Source: an uncultured virus (IMG/VR IMGVR_UViG_3300031951_000102) (lineage: Duplodnaviria; Heunggongvirae; Uroviricota; Caudoviricetes). Taken from it: a DNA stretch of 64,000 nt. The position numbers were made by a program, and so were the translations under genes. How positions within the stretch are numbered: the stretch's first letter is position 1; each line of letters opens with the position of its first letter. Location: the IMG/VR virus record IMGVR_UViG_3300031951_000102. One strand, given 5' to 3'. The notes beneath the pieces are model-generated. The model made no database searches and was not told the DNA's origin. It saw only the letters and a list, made by a program, of their open reading frames with translations. Positions 17,208 to 28,213 of the stretch are shown piece after piece.

Positions 17208-19613
17208 TTAAAAATCAAATTTAACTAAAAACTGTTGGATACCTGTTCTCAAAATTGGTGATTGCATTTTAGAAACAATCATTAGATTTTTTTCAGAATC
17301 ATAAAGTCCAATTTCAGTTATATAAGAATTATTTCCAAATGTCCAAGAAGGATTTTGGGAAGTTTGAAATTCCGCCTGACCTAAATTAACTTTATATTTC
17401 ATTTCATAAATTGTGGCTTGAATATCAGTTTCTAATGAACCATAAAAATAATACTCGTCTCCAAAGTTTAGAGTTACTCCTGTTTGTCCAACTTGCGGTA
17501 AATCGATATAATTATCTAAATTGTAAGTTGGTGCGGTATCATAATCATCTTGTGTTACAACAAAAGTTGTTCCCGTAAGTCCTGATTGTGTTATATATCC
17601 ATTTATTGTTGTAGCTGAAAGATATTCGGTATAATCAATAATTTTCCATTCAGCAGGATTTGGTCTAGCATCTCCTTCAACTTTTTGTACTATTAATTGG
17701 AATGAGTCTCCTATAAAACCAGTTAAAGTTAGTGGTAAAACATTAATGTAATTTAAACATTCAAATTCAGGTCCAAATCTAACCGCGACATTTTGTTCAC
17801 CATATGTATTACAATTAATTTTAGGTCCTTGAATTTTCACATAATAATTACAGTGTAATGATTCTGTAAATGCACTACTATTACTAAATCTATAAGTAAC
17901 ATACAAATATTCAGTATCTCCAGTCAAAATACCATTAGATACTGATTCATTCCCACATGTATTAGGTGTAACTAAAGAAATTTTAGGTGCGGGTAAAGTC
18001 CAGTTTCTATTTGATTTATAAGACATTGCCGCTATTATTTCTTCATCATCAATTATTACTATTTTATCATCAGGAAATACTTTACCAATTCTATTAGGAT
18101 AACCATTTGTGTTTACATTTGTATCCCATAAGTGATAATAACGTAACCCAGGATTATTCATATCCGAATTTTTTTTAGACTCCATATAATGAACCTCAAA
18201 CAAATTTAAATTATCAAATCCAGGTGGGTCAACCCAAAATGTTTGTCCACTACAACAAACAGGTGATTTATGCCACATTAACCATGGAATATGTAATTTG
18301 AAATTTCTTGCTTGACCATAAGTGTCATTCTGTATTGATTGTGAATATGGTTCTAAAGCAAATTTTTCACCATAAAAATTATCAATAGTTTGATTAGTAT
18401 AATGTATTATAGCTATCGATTTTTGTTCTTCAGGTGTTACAATAACTTTTTCAGAAAACGAATTGTAATAGTAAACTGAATCGGTATCAGTTTGTCCTGA
18501 TGAAGAAGCGTAACCAAAATACTCTTTTGACCCCAAGTATTCAATAGAACCAAAATTTGTATAATCTTGATTTGAGGTTGAGATTAATCCTGCTGGACTT
18601 TCTGACCATGGAATATTCATATTCCAAATTTTAACATCAAATTGGTCAGTATCACATATTGATTCAAAATTAATAACATCATCTTTCCAATGTTGTCTTG
18701 GTGTTACACTATCATATATTTCAAACATATCTGATGGGTAAATTAAAATTCTACCATAACAACCAGGTAAAAATACACTATAATCAGGAGTTGGTCTATC
18801 TAATTCAATTAAACTCCCACAAATTGAAACAATCTTATAAGTTAATATAGGATAACAGTTTGTAATTTGAGTAACACACTCAGGTAATGGAGTCGGTGTA
18901 CAATCAATTTTTGGTGTTGGTGATAAACATACTGTTGAAGTAGGAGTCGGTGTTGGTGTAGACGTATTACATGGGTAAACTAATGTTGATGAAGGTGTTG
19001 GCGTAGGAGTTGGAGTTAAAACACTTGTTGAAGTAGGTGTTGGAGTTATTTCACAATAACAATTATCTAAACCATTACCATCATAATAAATTGTGATAAT
19101 ATCACCTACTTTTGGCAACCTTACAATATCAGTATTACAACCCGAATATATTAAATCTATAAAAGTACCACCACTTAATGTCAACATATCAACAACATAG
19201 TTCGAATTAATTACATAAGAGCTATTTGTTCTCGCACTCCAATCTATTGTGGTAGCGGTTAAATCACCTGTAAAAAATCCTCTCATAGCAGCTCTGTTGT
19301 ATATTGAACTGACTGAAGAATCCATAAAAGGTATACCATATGTATTACCTTTATTTCCTTGAACAAAATATGGATATTTTACGTACTGTTTATTAGTCTC
19401 AGGAACAAAACTTGAATTTTGTGAATTGTAGTTTGGTTCTAAAACCATTGTATTATATTGGTTATAACTACTTGGTAAAGTATTATAGGATACTTCACTA
19501 TCACCAATTTGGAAATAAGAAATATTAAAATTTCCTTCTGATAACTTCAATCTTCCAGCGTCTGTTAGTCTTGAATTAATTAATCCGGATGTATTTTTGA
19601 GTATATATGTCAT
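17208..19613 (-). CDS. Baseplate/tail-fibre attachment protein with PT linker
   Basis: N-terminal LTDAGR..YFQIGD and C-terminal YITEIGLYD..LMIVSK resemble the fibre-attachment (DUF3751-like) domain. Confidence 0.6.
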   Translation of the reverse strand: MTYILKNTSGLINSRLTDAGRLKLSEGNFNISYFQIGDSEVSYNTLPSSYNQYNTMVLEPNYNSQNSSFVPETNKQYVKYPYFVQGNKGNTYGIPFMDSSVSSIYNRAAMRGFFTGDLTATTIDWSARTNSSYVINSNYVVDMLTLSGGTFIDLIYSGCNTDIVRLPKVGDIITIYYDGNGLDNCYCEITPTPTSTSVLTPTPTPTPSSTLVYPCNTSTPTPTPTSTVCLSPTPKIDCTPTPLPECVTQITNCYPILTYKIVSICGSLIELDRPTPDYSVFLPGCYGRILIYPSDMFEIYDSVTPRQHWKDDVINFESICDTDQFDVKIWNMNIPWSESPAGLISTSNQDYTNFGSIEYLGSKEYFGYASSSGQTDTDSVYYYNSFSEKVIVTPEEQKSIAIIHYTNQTIDNFYGEKFALEPYSQSIQNDTYGQARNFKLHIPWLMWHKSPVCCSGQTFWVDPPGFDNLNLFEVHYMESKKNSDMNNPGLRYYHLWDTNVNTNGYPNRIGKVFPDDKIVIIDDEEIIAAMSYKSNRNWTLPAPKISLVTPNTCGNESVSNGILTGDTEYLYVTYRFSNSSAFTESLHCNYYVKIQGPKINCNTYGEQNVAVRFGPEFECLNYINVLPLTLTGFIGDSFQLIVQKVEGDARPNPAEWKIIDYTEYLSATTINGYITQSGLTGTTFVVTQDDYDTAPTYNLDNYIDLPQVGQTGVTLNFGDEYYFYGSLETDIQATIYEMKYKVNLGQAEFQTSQNPSWTFGNNSYITEIGLYDSEKNLMIVSKMQSPILRTGIQQFLVKFDF

Positions 19614-19640
19614 CGTTAATAAATATATAAATTTTAAAAA

Positions 19641-22085
19641 TTAAGTAACTAAAATACCACAAGGACTACATCCACTAATATTTACATTAACAATTGAATA
19701 TGATTCTTGTGATTGTCCCAAATAACATGAAACCTTTTCATTTTTATTTACAGTAGTATTTGTCGTTATTAAAACAACATCTCCATATGACATAGTTATA
19801 TTATTCCAATTTTCAGTATTTGCTGAACTGTAAATATTATAAGAGGTACAAGTGATGTAAGTATTTAAAGTTTCACCTGTCGCAAAAGATGTTGAAGTGA
19901 TTGGAACTACTGAAGAATTTTTTGTAAGAACGCTACTTGTTGTGATTGTTGCAGAAGTGTAACTTGGGGAGGTTTCAAAATCATTAGTATGAACCAAATC
20001 AAATGTTAAAGTTGAACCGCTAGGTATAGGAGGTGAAACTGTAACATTTGTATAATATTCTTTTGTTAATATAGTACTTGTACTTGAAATGATTACAAAT
20101 GATGTACTTAAAGAAACATTATATATTGTTTTGTAAGGTAAATTATTCAATTTAATAACAGAGTTTACTGTTTGACCACTAGCATCTTTAGTCTGAACAG
20201 GATATAATCCAGGATTTAGTTTATTAAAAATAGGAACACTTTTAAAAGATGTACCACCATCAATAGAATAAGTGTAAGGTGAAACCCCACCTTCAGTATT
20301 AATAACTATGTTTCCATCAGAACCATTAATTGGGTTATTTTTGGTAATACTCATTTTTAAAACACCTGTATTACCACAGGGGTCATCGGTACTATAAAAT
20401 TCAAATTCATTAGAACTTACATCCCAAATACCAATAGGTGAACCATCAATTTCCGCCTCTACAGTAATACCTACGACATTTGTCATACCACTTGTCTCCC
20501 ATTTATCAGTGGTAGTATTAAAATAAATTAAAAAATCACCTGGTGTAGAACATGGTAAATCACCAATCCAAGTTTGAATTCCATCTATATCATATGATTC
20601 AGTTAGAGTAATGAATTCTTCACCACAAACTCCACTAAAAAACACACAAAGTTCAGTAGAAAAACACTGACCTTCAACTACTATTGGTTGACCGCCTTGT
20701 CCAACATAATACCATCCTGTAATTGGTGGATAAACCGGATTATTATTTAATACCTGAAATGAACTTGTATAATTATTTAATGACCATCTTTGATTTATAT
20801 CTGACCATGTAATACTATAAAGTCCGTTATCACTAATATAACTTGGTTTTCCATCAACAAATACACTTGTTTGAAAATGAATTAGTGAAGACTTTAAAGT
20901 CATACAAAAATCACCAACTATCGGAACAGGTGTTGGCTCAGGTGTTGGCTCAGGAGGTGGTGGTGTAATACCAGGAATCACACAGTCAACAGTCTCTGTA
21001 AAATCACCATAATAATCAGTTACAGTCGCTTGATATGTACCCGGTGGGAGATTATATAAATATTGATTTATATTTTCGTTCATAAAATTTGTATTACTCC
21101 AAGAAATTACATAAGGTGGTGTACCTCCAGAAATAACCAATGTTGCGGTACCATCAGATAAACCATAAGAAGATATATTTGTAGTAAAACAATCTAATCC
21201 AACAGGGTAAATAGTAATTGGTTCACATTCATTTTTTAACACATATACCACACCACAAGGTGTGTCCGCAGTATAAAATGGTTCAGGTTCATTTCCAACT
21301 TCTTCAAAACAAATTTGATTTGACCCAAGACACTCAATACATCCATTATACTGAAAATATGTTATTGGTACATCATAAATTGGATAGATAGTCTGAGTAG
21401 GACTACTAATAACCTCAGCACAACAATTAAAAGTTGGAGTAGAAACATAGTAAACTTCTCCAGGTATAAATGTACCAATACTTGTTGTTAAAGCAAAATT
21501 ATTATTTGGATTAGTATTATCTTCACAACATAGTTTGAAATATATTAAAGATTCTATACATGGGTATTTAGATATACAACTACTACATGTAGATATAAAA
21601 TTTGCATCTACGTTATCTGACTTATCTAAATTATTAATAGGGAATGCAACAACGGATTGTAAAGGATGTATTGTAGTCGCAGATGTTTCTCCTGTTCCTA
21701 TATATTCAAAACAACCTGTTAAATAAGTATTTGGATTATCAGAAGATACTACTATCTCAAAAGCAATTGATTCATTTAAAGGAGAAAATTCATTAGTTGT
21801 TAAACCTGTAAAAGGAGTTAACGCCTTATTAGTTGTTGAATCGTAACCATATATTGAAAAACTTTCACTTCCACAACATGAATCAAAAATCATTAAAGTA
21901 TCATTATTACTTGATACAAAATCAACAACAATAGTTGGTGATGGAGAAATTAATCCAAAGATAGAATTTACAAAATATTTGTAATTCGGTTGTATATTAA
22001 TAACTTTGGTATTTGATGTCGGTTCATCTACAAATGAAAAACCAATATAATCAGTAGTACCAGTATTTTGAACTTTATATATCAT
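19641..22085 (-). CDS. Cys-rich fibre-like protein with SprB-type repeats
   Basis: DGTATLVISGGTPPY..W..NLPPGTYQATVTD and DGNIVINTEGGVSPYTYSIDGG. Confidence 0.7.
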   Translation of the reverse strand: MIYKVQNTGTTDYIGFSFVDEPTSNTKVINIQPNYKYFVNSIFGLISPSPTIVVDFVSSNNDTLMIFDSCCGSESFSIYGYDSTTNKALTPFTGLTTNEFSPLNESIAFEIVVSSDNPNTYLTGCFEYIGTGETSATTIHPLQSVVAFPINNLDKSDNVDANFISTCSSCISKYPCIESLIYFKLCCEDNTNPNNNFALTTSIGTFIPGEVYYVSTPTFNCCAEVISSPTQTIYPIYDVPITYFQYNGCIECLGSNQICFEEVGNEPEPFYTADTPCGVVYVLKNECEPITIYPVGLDCFTTNISSYGLSDGTATLVISGGTPPYVISWSNTNFMNENINQYLYNLPPGTYQATVTDYYGDFTETVDCVIPGITPPPPEPTPEPTPVPIVGDFCMTLKSSLIHFQTSVFVDGKPSYISDNGLYSITWSDINQRWSLNNYTSSFQVLNNNPVYPPITGWYYVGQGGQPIVVEGQCFSTELCVFFSGVCGEEFITLTESYDIDGIQTWIGDLPCSTPGDFLIYFNTTTDKWETSGMTNVVGITVEAEIDGSPIGIWDVSSNEFEFYSTDDPCGNTGVLKMSITKNNPINGSDGNIVINTEGGVSPYTYSIDGGTSFKSVPIFNKLNPGLYPVQTKDASGQTVNSVIKLNNLPYKTIYNVSLSTSFVIISSTSTILTKEYYTNVTVSPPIPSGSTLTFDLVHTNDFETSPSYTSATITTSSVLTKNSSVVPITSTSFATGETLNTYITCTSYNIYSSANTENWNNITMSYGDVVLITTNTTVNKNEKVSCYLGQSQESYSIVNVNISGCSPCGILVT

Positions 22086-22096
22086 TTTTTATTTTT

Positions 22097-24244
22097 TTAA
22101 GGTCCACATGCAACACATGAAATATCGTAAAATATGTTTATGGATATTTTAACATTTACATCCACAAATGAGATTGTTTGGTCACTACATCCCGTACTAA
22201 TAGTAATTTTATTACCAACCAAGTCTATTGAGACACTATCAATACCAGCAAAACCTAATATTAAATTTTCAATGGTGGAAGTAACTACGTTATCTGCAGG
22301 AAAATCACCTAAAGTAGTACCAGTATAAAATGATGTTTGAGCTGTTACACCACTTACTTCAACAATAGCAGTAAAAATTGAACCATTTAATATACAACCA
22401 TAATCACCTGAGGTTAAATCATAAAAACCTTCAATGAGCATCTGTTGTGGTCCTTTTTTTGTTACAACTCCGTTATAAGCAAAAGTTTCACTACAAATAC
22501 CAAATACACCATAATTAGAAATAATATTGTAACCTTCTAAAGTTATTTCTCTAAATAATGTACAACCATCACTGTCAGTAATTGTTACTGAATATGTACC
22601 AGCACTTAAATTTGTAATAGTTAACCCTGTTTGTCCATTTACATTACTACTCCAGTTTATTGTAAAAGGTGGATTACCTTCTGTTATAAAAATGTTAATT
22701 ATTCCGTCATTATTCCCATCAGTAGGATTTGTACCATATAAAATAAAATCAATTGAGGATAAATCAGGAATTACTATATTTTCATTTTGAGTACAACCTG
22801 TAGCATCTGTAACTGAAACAACATAATTACCTGAATTTAAATTTGTAAAAAGATAACTTAAATCAGTAGTCGTAACCGATTGTCCGTTCAATTGATATAA
22901 ATACGGGGCGGTTCCACCACTAGTAATTGTAACTTCTACTTCACCATTAATTTCATTACAAGTTGCACCAGTTATTGATGTTGTTAAAGTAAAACTATCC
23001 TCGGTTGTAATTGTTATAACATCATAATAAACACAAGGTCCATTATCACTAATTTCTAATGAATAGATATCCGCAGGTAAATTATTGAAGATATAATTTG
23101 GAGATGAGCTTGTTGTTGAAATAACTGTTCCTGAACTTCCTGTTATACTGTAAATATAATCAGGGGTACCTCCTAATAAAACTATAGATATACTACCTGT
23201 ATTGTTACCACAAATACTTTGAGTTGTAGTTACCGAAATCAAACTAAAACCTCCGGGTGTAAGTACACTTGTTGAAACATACGCATTACATAATCCAGCG
23301 TCTGTTACAGATACACTAAAATACCCTGAGTTCAAATTATTAAAAGTATAACTTGTTGAGAAAGTTACAACACTTTCACCATTAGTACCTGAAAAATAAA
23401 ATGGTGCAGTACCCCCTGTTACAGTAACTGTAACTGAACCATCCGCTAAAAAACATGATGGACTAATTGACGTTACTGATGCAAATCCAATATGAGGTAC
23501 GGTAAAAACAGTTGTTCCACTACCATATGAACATCCAGTATTATCCGTCACAGTCACACTGTAAGTCCCGCTAGTTAATCCTGTGATTGATGGTGATGTC
23601 TCACCATTAGACCACAAATATGAATATGGTGGTGAACCTGTTAATCCTGTAATAAATATTTTTCCAGAATCCGTTGTACATCCAGCATCATTTACAACAT
23701 AAAAACCAAAGTTTAAAGTGGACGAACTTTTAATAATACAACTTTCACTTATTCCTTCACAACCACCTCCATCATCAGCAATCACATAATAAACCCCTGG
23801 TTCTAATCCGTTAAAAATAAATTCATTGGTAAATGAACTTCCGGATGATATATACCCATTTGTTGTCTCATATAAATAAAAAGTAGGATTTGAATAAATG
23901 TTTTGGGTATATGCCGTCAAACTTCCATTATTTAATCCACAAATTGTATTAATTTCATGTGATATTGAAACACAAGTTCCTGATGAAATATACAAACTAA
24001 CAAGTACTGAAACCGAAGGTGAACAAGAATCATAAACTGTAAATGTATATGTACCAGCAGATAAACCATATTCTGAATAGTTTGTTACACTTGGTCCAAG
24101 TGGTATTGTTGATGTTATTGGATAATTCCAAACAATTGTATAATCAGGAGCCGTTCCGACTATATCTAATGAAAACGCTCCTGATGTGGTTGATTGACAA
24201 TCACCAGTGACACTTAATATTGTTGACAATCCACAAGATGACAT
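22097..24244 (-). CDS. Tandem SprB-repeat protein (fibre/adhesin-like)
   Basis: About seven units of C..G.I.V...GGT.PY.Y....L..G.Y.V.VTD..GC. Confidence 0.8.
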   Translation of the reverse strand: MSSCGLSTILSVTGDCQSTTSGAFSLDIVGTAPDYTIVWNYPITSTIPLGPSVTNYSEYGLSAGTYTFTVYDSCSPSVSVLVSLYISSGTCVSISHEINTICGLNNGSLTAYTQNIYSNPTFYLYETTNGYISSGSSFTNEFIFNGLEPGVYYVIADDGGGCEGISESCIIKSSSTLNFGFYVVNDAGCTTDSGKIFITGLTGSPPYSYLWSNGETSPSITGLTSGTYSVTVTDNTGCSYGSGTTVFTVPHIGFASVTSISPSCFLADGSVTVTVTGGTAPFYFSGTNGESVVTFSTSYTFNNLNSGYFSVSVTDAGLCNAYVSTSVLTPGGFSLISVTTTQSICGNNTGSISIVLLGGTPDYIYSITGSSGTVISTTSSSPNYIFNNLPADIYSLEISDNGPCVYYDVITITTEDSFTLTTSITGATCNEINGEVEVTITSGGTAPYLYQLNGQSVTTTDLSYLFTNLNSGNYVVSVTDATGCTQNENIVIPDLSSIDFILYGTNPTDGNNDGIINIFITEGNPPFTINWSSNVNGQTGLTITNLSAGTYSVTITDSDGCTLFREITLEGYNIISNYGVFGICSETFAYNGVVTKKGPQQMLIEGFYDLTSGDYGCILNGSIFTAIVEVSGVTAQTSFYTGTTLGDFPADNVVTSTIENLILGFAGIDSVSIDLVGNKITISTGCSDQTISFVDVNVKISINIFYDISCVACGP

Positions 24245-27200
24245 TAATTACATAAAATATTAAAGTTTATTCCAACGTTCAAAGTAAAATCAATACTTTC
24301 TAATGAACTTCCACAATCATTATTAAAAATGATTATTGTATCTTCACTTGTTAAATAATAACTATATCCCAAAGAAGATAAACTATCTAACGCTAAAGAT
24401 AGTGCAACGTCCCAATCAATTTGACTTGGTGTACTTATTCCTGGGGTATCATATCCTAAACCATTAAAAAATAGTTGTGTAACAACTGGGGTTCCATCAA
24501 ATCTGATGTCAACATACCATTCTGATTGTGTAGAATTTAATACACAATTATTAGTTGTAAGTCCTATCGATGTTAGGTAATCTGTTAGTAAACTACCTAA
24601 AACACCTCCAAAACTTTGAATTTGAGAATCAACGTTCCACGGATATTTGTAACATTCAACTGACTGTATTGGACAATCAGTATCATATATATTAGTAGTT
24701 AATTTACAAGGTTTACAAGGGACTGCAACTAGTTTACAACCTTCTTGTCTTCGATACACAAATTTTTGTCTGTGGAAAATTGAGTTTTCATATTTTACAC
24801 CTGTATTCCATAAAGTTGTTGCCGGAAACATTTGTTCAACCAATCTTATCCAATAATCACCCATCCCAACAACATAATCTATCATTGTTTTATATGTGAA
24901 ATTATCGTTAGGTATATTAATTGTTTGTTGTGATTCTAAATATTTCCAATAAATCGATTGTAATGTTGGATATCCACTTGTTTTACCATCAGTTACGTAT
25001 TGTCGATTTCTAACATTTATCATGTTCTGCCAAAAAGTTTGAGCGAATTCAAAAAAAGTTTTTTGTTGTGGTTTAGGATTAATTTCAGTCCAATCAACCC
25101 CACCTCTTTCAGGATATCCAGAATTTGGATATGGGTTACATTTTGTTGGTGGCACATATCTCAATCCTTGGTATGGAATAGGATAATTATATTGTCTTGA
25201 CATATACCAAACATCGTAAGCTAATCCCTGTGATGGGTTTAAAAACAAATCAACATTTTTTACATTTAAAACTAATTTTTCATTATCCACTAAATATCGA
25301 GCATTTATACCTCCATCTAAATTAACCCTCAATCCTGTTTCTTGGTTTGTCCAACTTTTATTATTGTCAACTATTGGTCTTAAATTATAACCTAATGACA
25401 TATAAGGAAACTTTCTAAAACGATTTAAATAAATTTGACCGTATGAAAATGGAACTAACTGAGTTTGAAAATTTGGATTTGCTCCTGTAAATACTGAAGT
25501 CGTTAAATTAACCTCTTCAGGGGACCTGTGTTGTGGTGTTGATTCAAACCATCCAGCACCAATTTGAAAATAATAATTTGGTGTTTCAACAGGTGCTTCA
25601 GGATATCCTTCAACATCCATAGGAAAATTATCAAAAGTTAAATTAACATCTGAAAATTTTGTTACTGTTGTTGTACCAGTATATGACACACCAAAAATTG
25701 TAAATACATTTGAAGGGTCTAAAACAGGTAGTTCTTGAGAATATGTACCTCCTGAAATTTGTGTGTATTGTTCAGAAAATTTACCTAAATTAATTCTTTG
25801 GTCCGCCAAATAAATAAATTCATTAAATTCAACTAATGCATCAGGTGCCCCAATTAACCTCATTAAAGTTTCAACTGATTTTCTAGTACCTTTTGATTTA
25901 AAAAGAAACGCGGAATTTAATATAAGATTTCTATAATAATTGTAATTTAATTCATCAGGAGTTGATGATACAGGAATACCAGAGTACTGAGATTCATCAT
26001 AATTTGTTTGACCAAATACAGATTTCAAAAATTGGTCATTTGTAATTGGTGAAATGTTTATATTCCAACCTAATGTTTGTGCTAAATTTTTTAGTAATTG
26101 TGATGGTATGTCATTTCCGGTATTATAATGTACCGAATTCATATATGCTAAAGCGTTTATAAACTTGTTTGTTTCATCAAAACTTCTACCATATAATTGT
26201 AAAACTTTTTCTGTTTTATGGTCCTGAGTATCAAATTCTTTAAACGCTCCTGTCGTTAAAAATCGGGTTATTAAATTTGTTTTGTATGAATCAAATTCTT
26301 CACTAACATCATTTAAACTTTGTAGGTAATTTTGAAAACTTCCACTAACAATATCTAAATTCCAAAAACCATCTAAAGGCCAAGTTATACTATTATTTTG
26401 TACAAAAAAATCACCACTATCCGATAATTTTGGTATTTTAAAAAGGGCGGTATAAATTGGTTTAATACTTCTATTTAATAAAAAATTCTGTACTTCATCC
26501 AATTTATTTTTAAAAACTTTATTAACTTCTTCATCATTTGGTCTCACAACTAAATTATCATAAACATTTGTTTTACCTGAAAAAGGATTTCCTTGAACAA
26601 AAATTTTAAGAGTACCACTACTTAGACTATTCGTTGGTATCATACCAGTCACATTAAATCCCTGACCAAAATAATATAAAGAATATTTTCTAAATTCGAC
26701 TGTCATATTTCTTAATTCAGAAACAGGAATTTCTAAAAGAGATAAATTTCTTGTAGAATTAGTGGTAAAATCAATACCAAAAGGATTTCTTATTCGTTTT
26801 ATATCCAATTCAAATGATGTTTCATCTGTAAATTGATTATAACTTATATTAAATGCGGTTGTACCTGTCGTATAGTTAATACCATAAAGATTCGATTCAA
26901 GTGCTGCCGGAAACTGACTTATAATTATGTTTACAGAAGAAGATATTCTTTTAGACATTGAACCGTATAGAACAAAATTTGTAACTATACTTAAGTCATA
27001 ATTTGGATAAACTTTAAAATTTTTCTCAAAAATTGCCTTAGATTCAGCAATAGTATTAATCCCCAAACTTTTTAAATTTATGGGACCAGAAAAAGTACCA
27101 ATTTCAAAAGTCCTATTAACTTTTTCTGCAGTTCCTACTGTAAATTCAAAATTACCCTGTGTTAGTCCACCACCTTGTACTAATTGAAATCCAACTAAAT

Positions 27201-27264
27201 TATCAGAAAAAGTACCTTCCCCTGAAGCAGTAATTGGTGGACACTTATATTTTTGAACAGCCAT
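24244..27264 (-). CDS. Baseplate wedge protein (P2 gpI / T4 gp7-like)
   Basis: LLKNLAQTLGW..LFKSKGTRKSVETLMRLIG motif; baseplate context. Confidence 0.65.
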   Translation of the reverse strand: MAVQKYKCPPITASGEGTFSDNLVGFQLVQGGGLTQGNFEFTVGTAEKVNRTFEIGTFSGPINLKSLGINTIAESKAIFEKNFKVYPNYDLSIVTNFVLYGSMSKRISSSVNIIISQFPAALESNLYGINYTTGTTAFNISYNQFTDETSFELDIKRIRNPFGIDFTTNSTRNLSLLEIPVSELRNMTVEFRKYSLYYFGQGFNVTGMIPTNSLSSGTLKIFVQGNPFSGKTNVYDNLVVRPNDEEVNKVFKNKLDEVQNFLLNRSIKPIYTALFKIPKLSDSGDFFVQNNSITWPLDGFWNLDIVSGSFQNYLQSLNDVSEEFDSYKTNLITRFLTTGAFKEFDTQDHKTEKVLQLYGRSFDETNKFINALAYMNSVHYNTGNDIPSQLLKNLAQTLGWNINISPITNDQFLKSVFGQTNYDESQYSGIPVSSTPDELNYNYYRNLILNSAFLFKSKGTRKSVETLMRLIGAPDALVEFNEFIYLADQRINLGKFSEQYTQISGGTYSQELPVLDPSNVFTIFGVSYTGTTTVTKFSDVNLTFDNFPMDVEGYPEAPVETPNYYFQIGAGWFESTPQHRSPEEVNLTTSVFTGANPNFQTQLVPFSYGQIYLNRFRKFPYMSLGYNLRPIVDNNKSWTNQETGLRVNLDGGINARYLVDNEKLVLNVKNVDLFLNPSQGLAYDVWYMSRQYNYPIPYQGLRYVPPTKCNPYPNSGYPERGGVDWTEINPKPQQKTFFEFAQTFWQNMINVRNRQYVTDGKTSGYPTLQSIYWKYLESQQTINIPNDNFTYKTMIDYVVGMGDYWIRLVEQMFPATTLWNTGVKYENSIFHRQKFVYRRQEGCKLVAVPCKPCKLTTNIYDTDCPIQSVECYKYPWNVDSQIQSFGGVLGSLLTDYLTSIGLTTNNCVLNSTQSEWYVDIRFDGTPVVTQLFFNGLGYDTPGISTPSQIDWDVALSLALDSLSSLGYSYYLTSEDTIIIFNNDCGSSLESIDFTLNVGINFNILCN

Positions 27265-28172
27265 TATTGAGTTATGTTTGAGAAGTTTTTAGTAAAATCG
27301 ATGTTATCTCCTCTATCTTGTCTTACTTCGAATAACAAATTATTAAATTGGTCTCTTATTTCGTATAAATTGTATTGTTTATAAATAACATTAGAAGTAT
27401 TATAGAGTGTGTAAATACCATCTTCCATAGATTTAGTTTGGTTACCATAAAGAGCAATTGCCAAAGTACTAAAGTCATGTTCCGCAATTTCAACATCCAA
27501 AGTTATCGGATTAAAAAATGTATTTGTTATTATTATATTCTGATTTGGTTGCCCAATATATGGTAATGCGTTTGGCTTATTAGTTGGTGCGGAAGATGGT
27601 GATAATGTACAAAAAATTAAATTTGTATTATTATCTGAGTATCTATATCTTATAGCTTTAGCAGTTGTGTTAGTAAGATTTTGAACCACAGGTTCACAAA
27701 AAAAACTTGATGTAATTATTCTGAAAAAATTAGGTATTTTTGTCCCGTCAGGATTTAAATATTCAATTCTAAACCCAACTAAACCTTGGTTAATAAACTT
27801 ATTTCTATATTCGCTAGGTACAGAATTTAAATCAATAACTAATCCTCTAACATTTGGTAAAGCGGATAATACTCCACAATCCAATATAGTTGTTCTTATC
27901 TGTGCTGGCCTCAAATAAACAGTATATATACCAATCCTGTTAAATTGTTCAGCAGGTAATTTTAAATTATATAATCCACCTAAAACTTCTATGTTTGAAT
28001 TACCTCCAGTATTCGCATTATTAAAATATGGTCTTAATAACGCGATTGAATTTAATTTTGTTAAAACAAAATTTTCAGTTTCATCTCTCGATGGGGTATA
28101 TAATAATAATATCTCAACATCTTCAGGTGAGACATCAGCTGGTCTTAACGTTCCATAAGTTCCTGTAGCCAT
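27264..28172 (-). CDS. Hypothetical structural protein
   Basis: 302 aa ORF in tail module; TATTTAT upstream. Confidence 0.7.
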   Translation of the reverse strand: MATGTYGTLRPADVSPEDVEILLLYTPSRDETENFVLTKLNSIALLRPYFNNANTGGNSNIEVLGGLYNLKLPAEQFNRIGIYTVYLRPAQIRTTILDCGVLSALPNVRGLVIDLNSVPSEYRNKFINQGLVGFRIEYLNPDGTKIPNFFRIITSSFFCEPVVQNLTNTTAKAIRYRYSDNNTNLIFCTLSPSSAPTNKPNALPYIGQPNQNIIITNTFFNPITLDVEIAEHDFSTLAIALYGNQTKSMEDGIYTLYNTSNVIYKQYNLYEIRDQFNNLLFEVRQDRGDNIDFTKNFSNITQ

Positions 28173-28213
28173 ATTTAATTAAACAATTTTTCTTTTTATT
28201 ATAAATATTGAAT

